Positions 62,935-64,000 of a DNA stretch of 64,000 nucleotides are shown one piece after another. The stretch comes from an uncultured Acidobacteriota bacterium (GTDB lineage Bacteria > Acidobacteriota > Terriglobia > UBA7540), in the NCBI GenBank assembly GCA_963804995.1, contig CAWDSK010000005.1, positions 1,120,001-1,184,000 on the forward strand. Direction: 5' to 3'. The position numbers and the translations under genes were made by a program. Position 1 is the first letter of the stretch. Each line of letters begins with the position of its first letter. Under the pieces are notes generated by a model. It did not search any database and was not told the origin of the DNA. It was given only the letters and a program-made list of their open reading frames with translations.

Positions 62935-63097
62935 CTAGAGTTTCTACATTTCCTGCTCAGCACCACCCCCGCCGCTAGCGCGTCCTGAGGAGGGGAACCT
63001 CGCGGAACTCCCCTCCTGAATCAGGAGGGGTGGCGCGATAGCGCCGGGGTGGTTTCCGGCATGTAATTCAAGGCGTAGGTAAATGTAGAAACTCCAG
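62935..63097. mobile_element. 163-bp MITE with 17-bp TIRs and a 20-bp flanking direct repeat
   Basis: CTAGAGTTTCTACATTT...AAATGTAGAAACTCCAG; GCCGCTGACTCGTCAGCGGT at 62915-34 and 63098-117. Confidence 0.8.
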
Positions 63098-63516
63098 GCC
63101 GCTGACTCGTCAGCGGTTGGCTGGTTCTGCGCCAGCCGGCCCCAGGAATTGTCGCCCAATGACGGTGGGGTTGGAACACCGCGACCAGTCGCGGTGGCGG
63201 AAAGCGGCGACGAGTCACCGCACTCCAGAGGTTTGCCTGCCTTAGCGATTGAGATCTTGGGTTGGCAAGCGCCTGTATCATACCGCGACACTCCCACCTT
63301 TTTGGACACCTCCGTGGGCCTTGGTTGGGCGCAAATCAGCCCCTTTGAACTTACCTAACCTACACAATCCATTTGAGATACAAGAAAGTTTGGCAACTCG
63401 CTGTGACTGGCATCTCTTGTGCCTTCTTTCCCGGTCGAGAACAGAAGAATTTTTCTCGCGAGACTCTATGTATACCCCCTTAAGAAACGACCGCCGATGG
63501 CACAGGAGAGAACAAC

Positions 63517-64000
63517 ATGAAGGTCTTGATCGCTGAAGATGACTCGGTCTCCCGCCGCCTTTTGGAAGTTCTTCTGGCCGGTTGGGGCCACGAAGTGATT
63601 TCGGTGGAAGACGGCCTCGCTGCGTGGACGGCGCTTGAAGACCTGGAGAAAGAGAATTGTCCTGCCGTGGCAATCCTTGACTGGATGATGCCCAAGATGG
63701 ACGGTATCGAGGTCTGCCGAAAAATCAGTACTGGCCGTCGTTCGACTCCCGTCCACATCATCCTGCTGACAGGCCGGGCGAGCAAGGAAGACATTATCGT
63801 GGGTCTGGAGGCTGGCGCTGGGGATTACCTCACCAAGCCGGTATGGAATGGGGAGCTGCGCGCCCGATTGCAAGTGGGAATACGTATCGTTGAGCTGCAA
63901 TCCAGCCTTGCGGACCGTATCCACAAACTCGAATCTGCATTAGGGAATATCAAGCAGCTTCAGGGCATGCTTCCCATCTGCTGCTACTGCAAGAAAATCC
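63517..64000 (+). CDS. Response regulator (runs off window end)
   Basis: Manual translation MKVLIAEDD...ILDWMMPKMDGIEVCR...LLTG...DYLTKP...LPICCYCKKI; AGGAG RBS. Confidence 0.92.
   Translation, partial: MKVLIAEDDSVSRRLLEVLLAGWGHEVISVEDGLAAWTALEDLEKENCPAVAILDWMMPKMDGIEVCRKISTGRRSTPVHIILLTGRASKEDIIVGLEAGAGDYLTKPVWNGELRARLQVGIRIVELQSSLADRIHKLESALGNIKQLQGMLPICCYCKKI

Overview
GC-rich bacterial chromosomal window. Gene content (carboxypeptidase-like-domain TonB receptor, Tat-exported glycosidase-like proteins, repeat families) suggests Acidobacteriota; this is an inference. Left to right: TonB-dependent receptor and a large secreted glycosidase-like gene; a complete group II intron sitting in the terminal repeat of a decayed IS; an amidohydrolase/class-III aminotransferase/LarA-family/MFS operon; a scar region (type ISP R-M tail, IS1634, helicase-DUF559 tail, IS200, GH2 pseudogenes); a complete N-methylglutamate methylamine-utilisation operon (mgsABC, soxDAGB-type dehydrogenase, gmaS). 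Next is a ~9.5 kb island built around a recurring GGTACCTGACACC palindromic repeat. It carries a RAYT-like remnant, toxin-antitoxin modules, two IS1182 copies, an ISKra4-type element and a MITE, all of these mobile elements inserted in that repeat, and it ends in a diverged partial copy of mgsA. Then come gntR, glgC, an APC permease, a Tat nitrilase, URO-D-like, GH36-like and Tat hypothetical genes, recombinase/IS debris, an 8-PAS hybrid kinase and a response regulator. Several single-base frameshifts fall at TCGA sites, suggesting modification-linked sequencing errors rather than true pseudogenes. No rRNA, tRNA or CRISPR array was seen.
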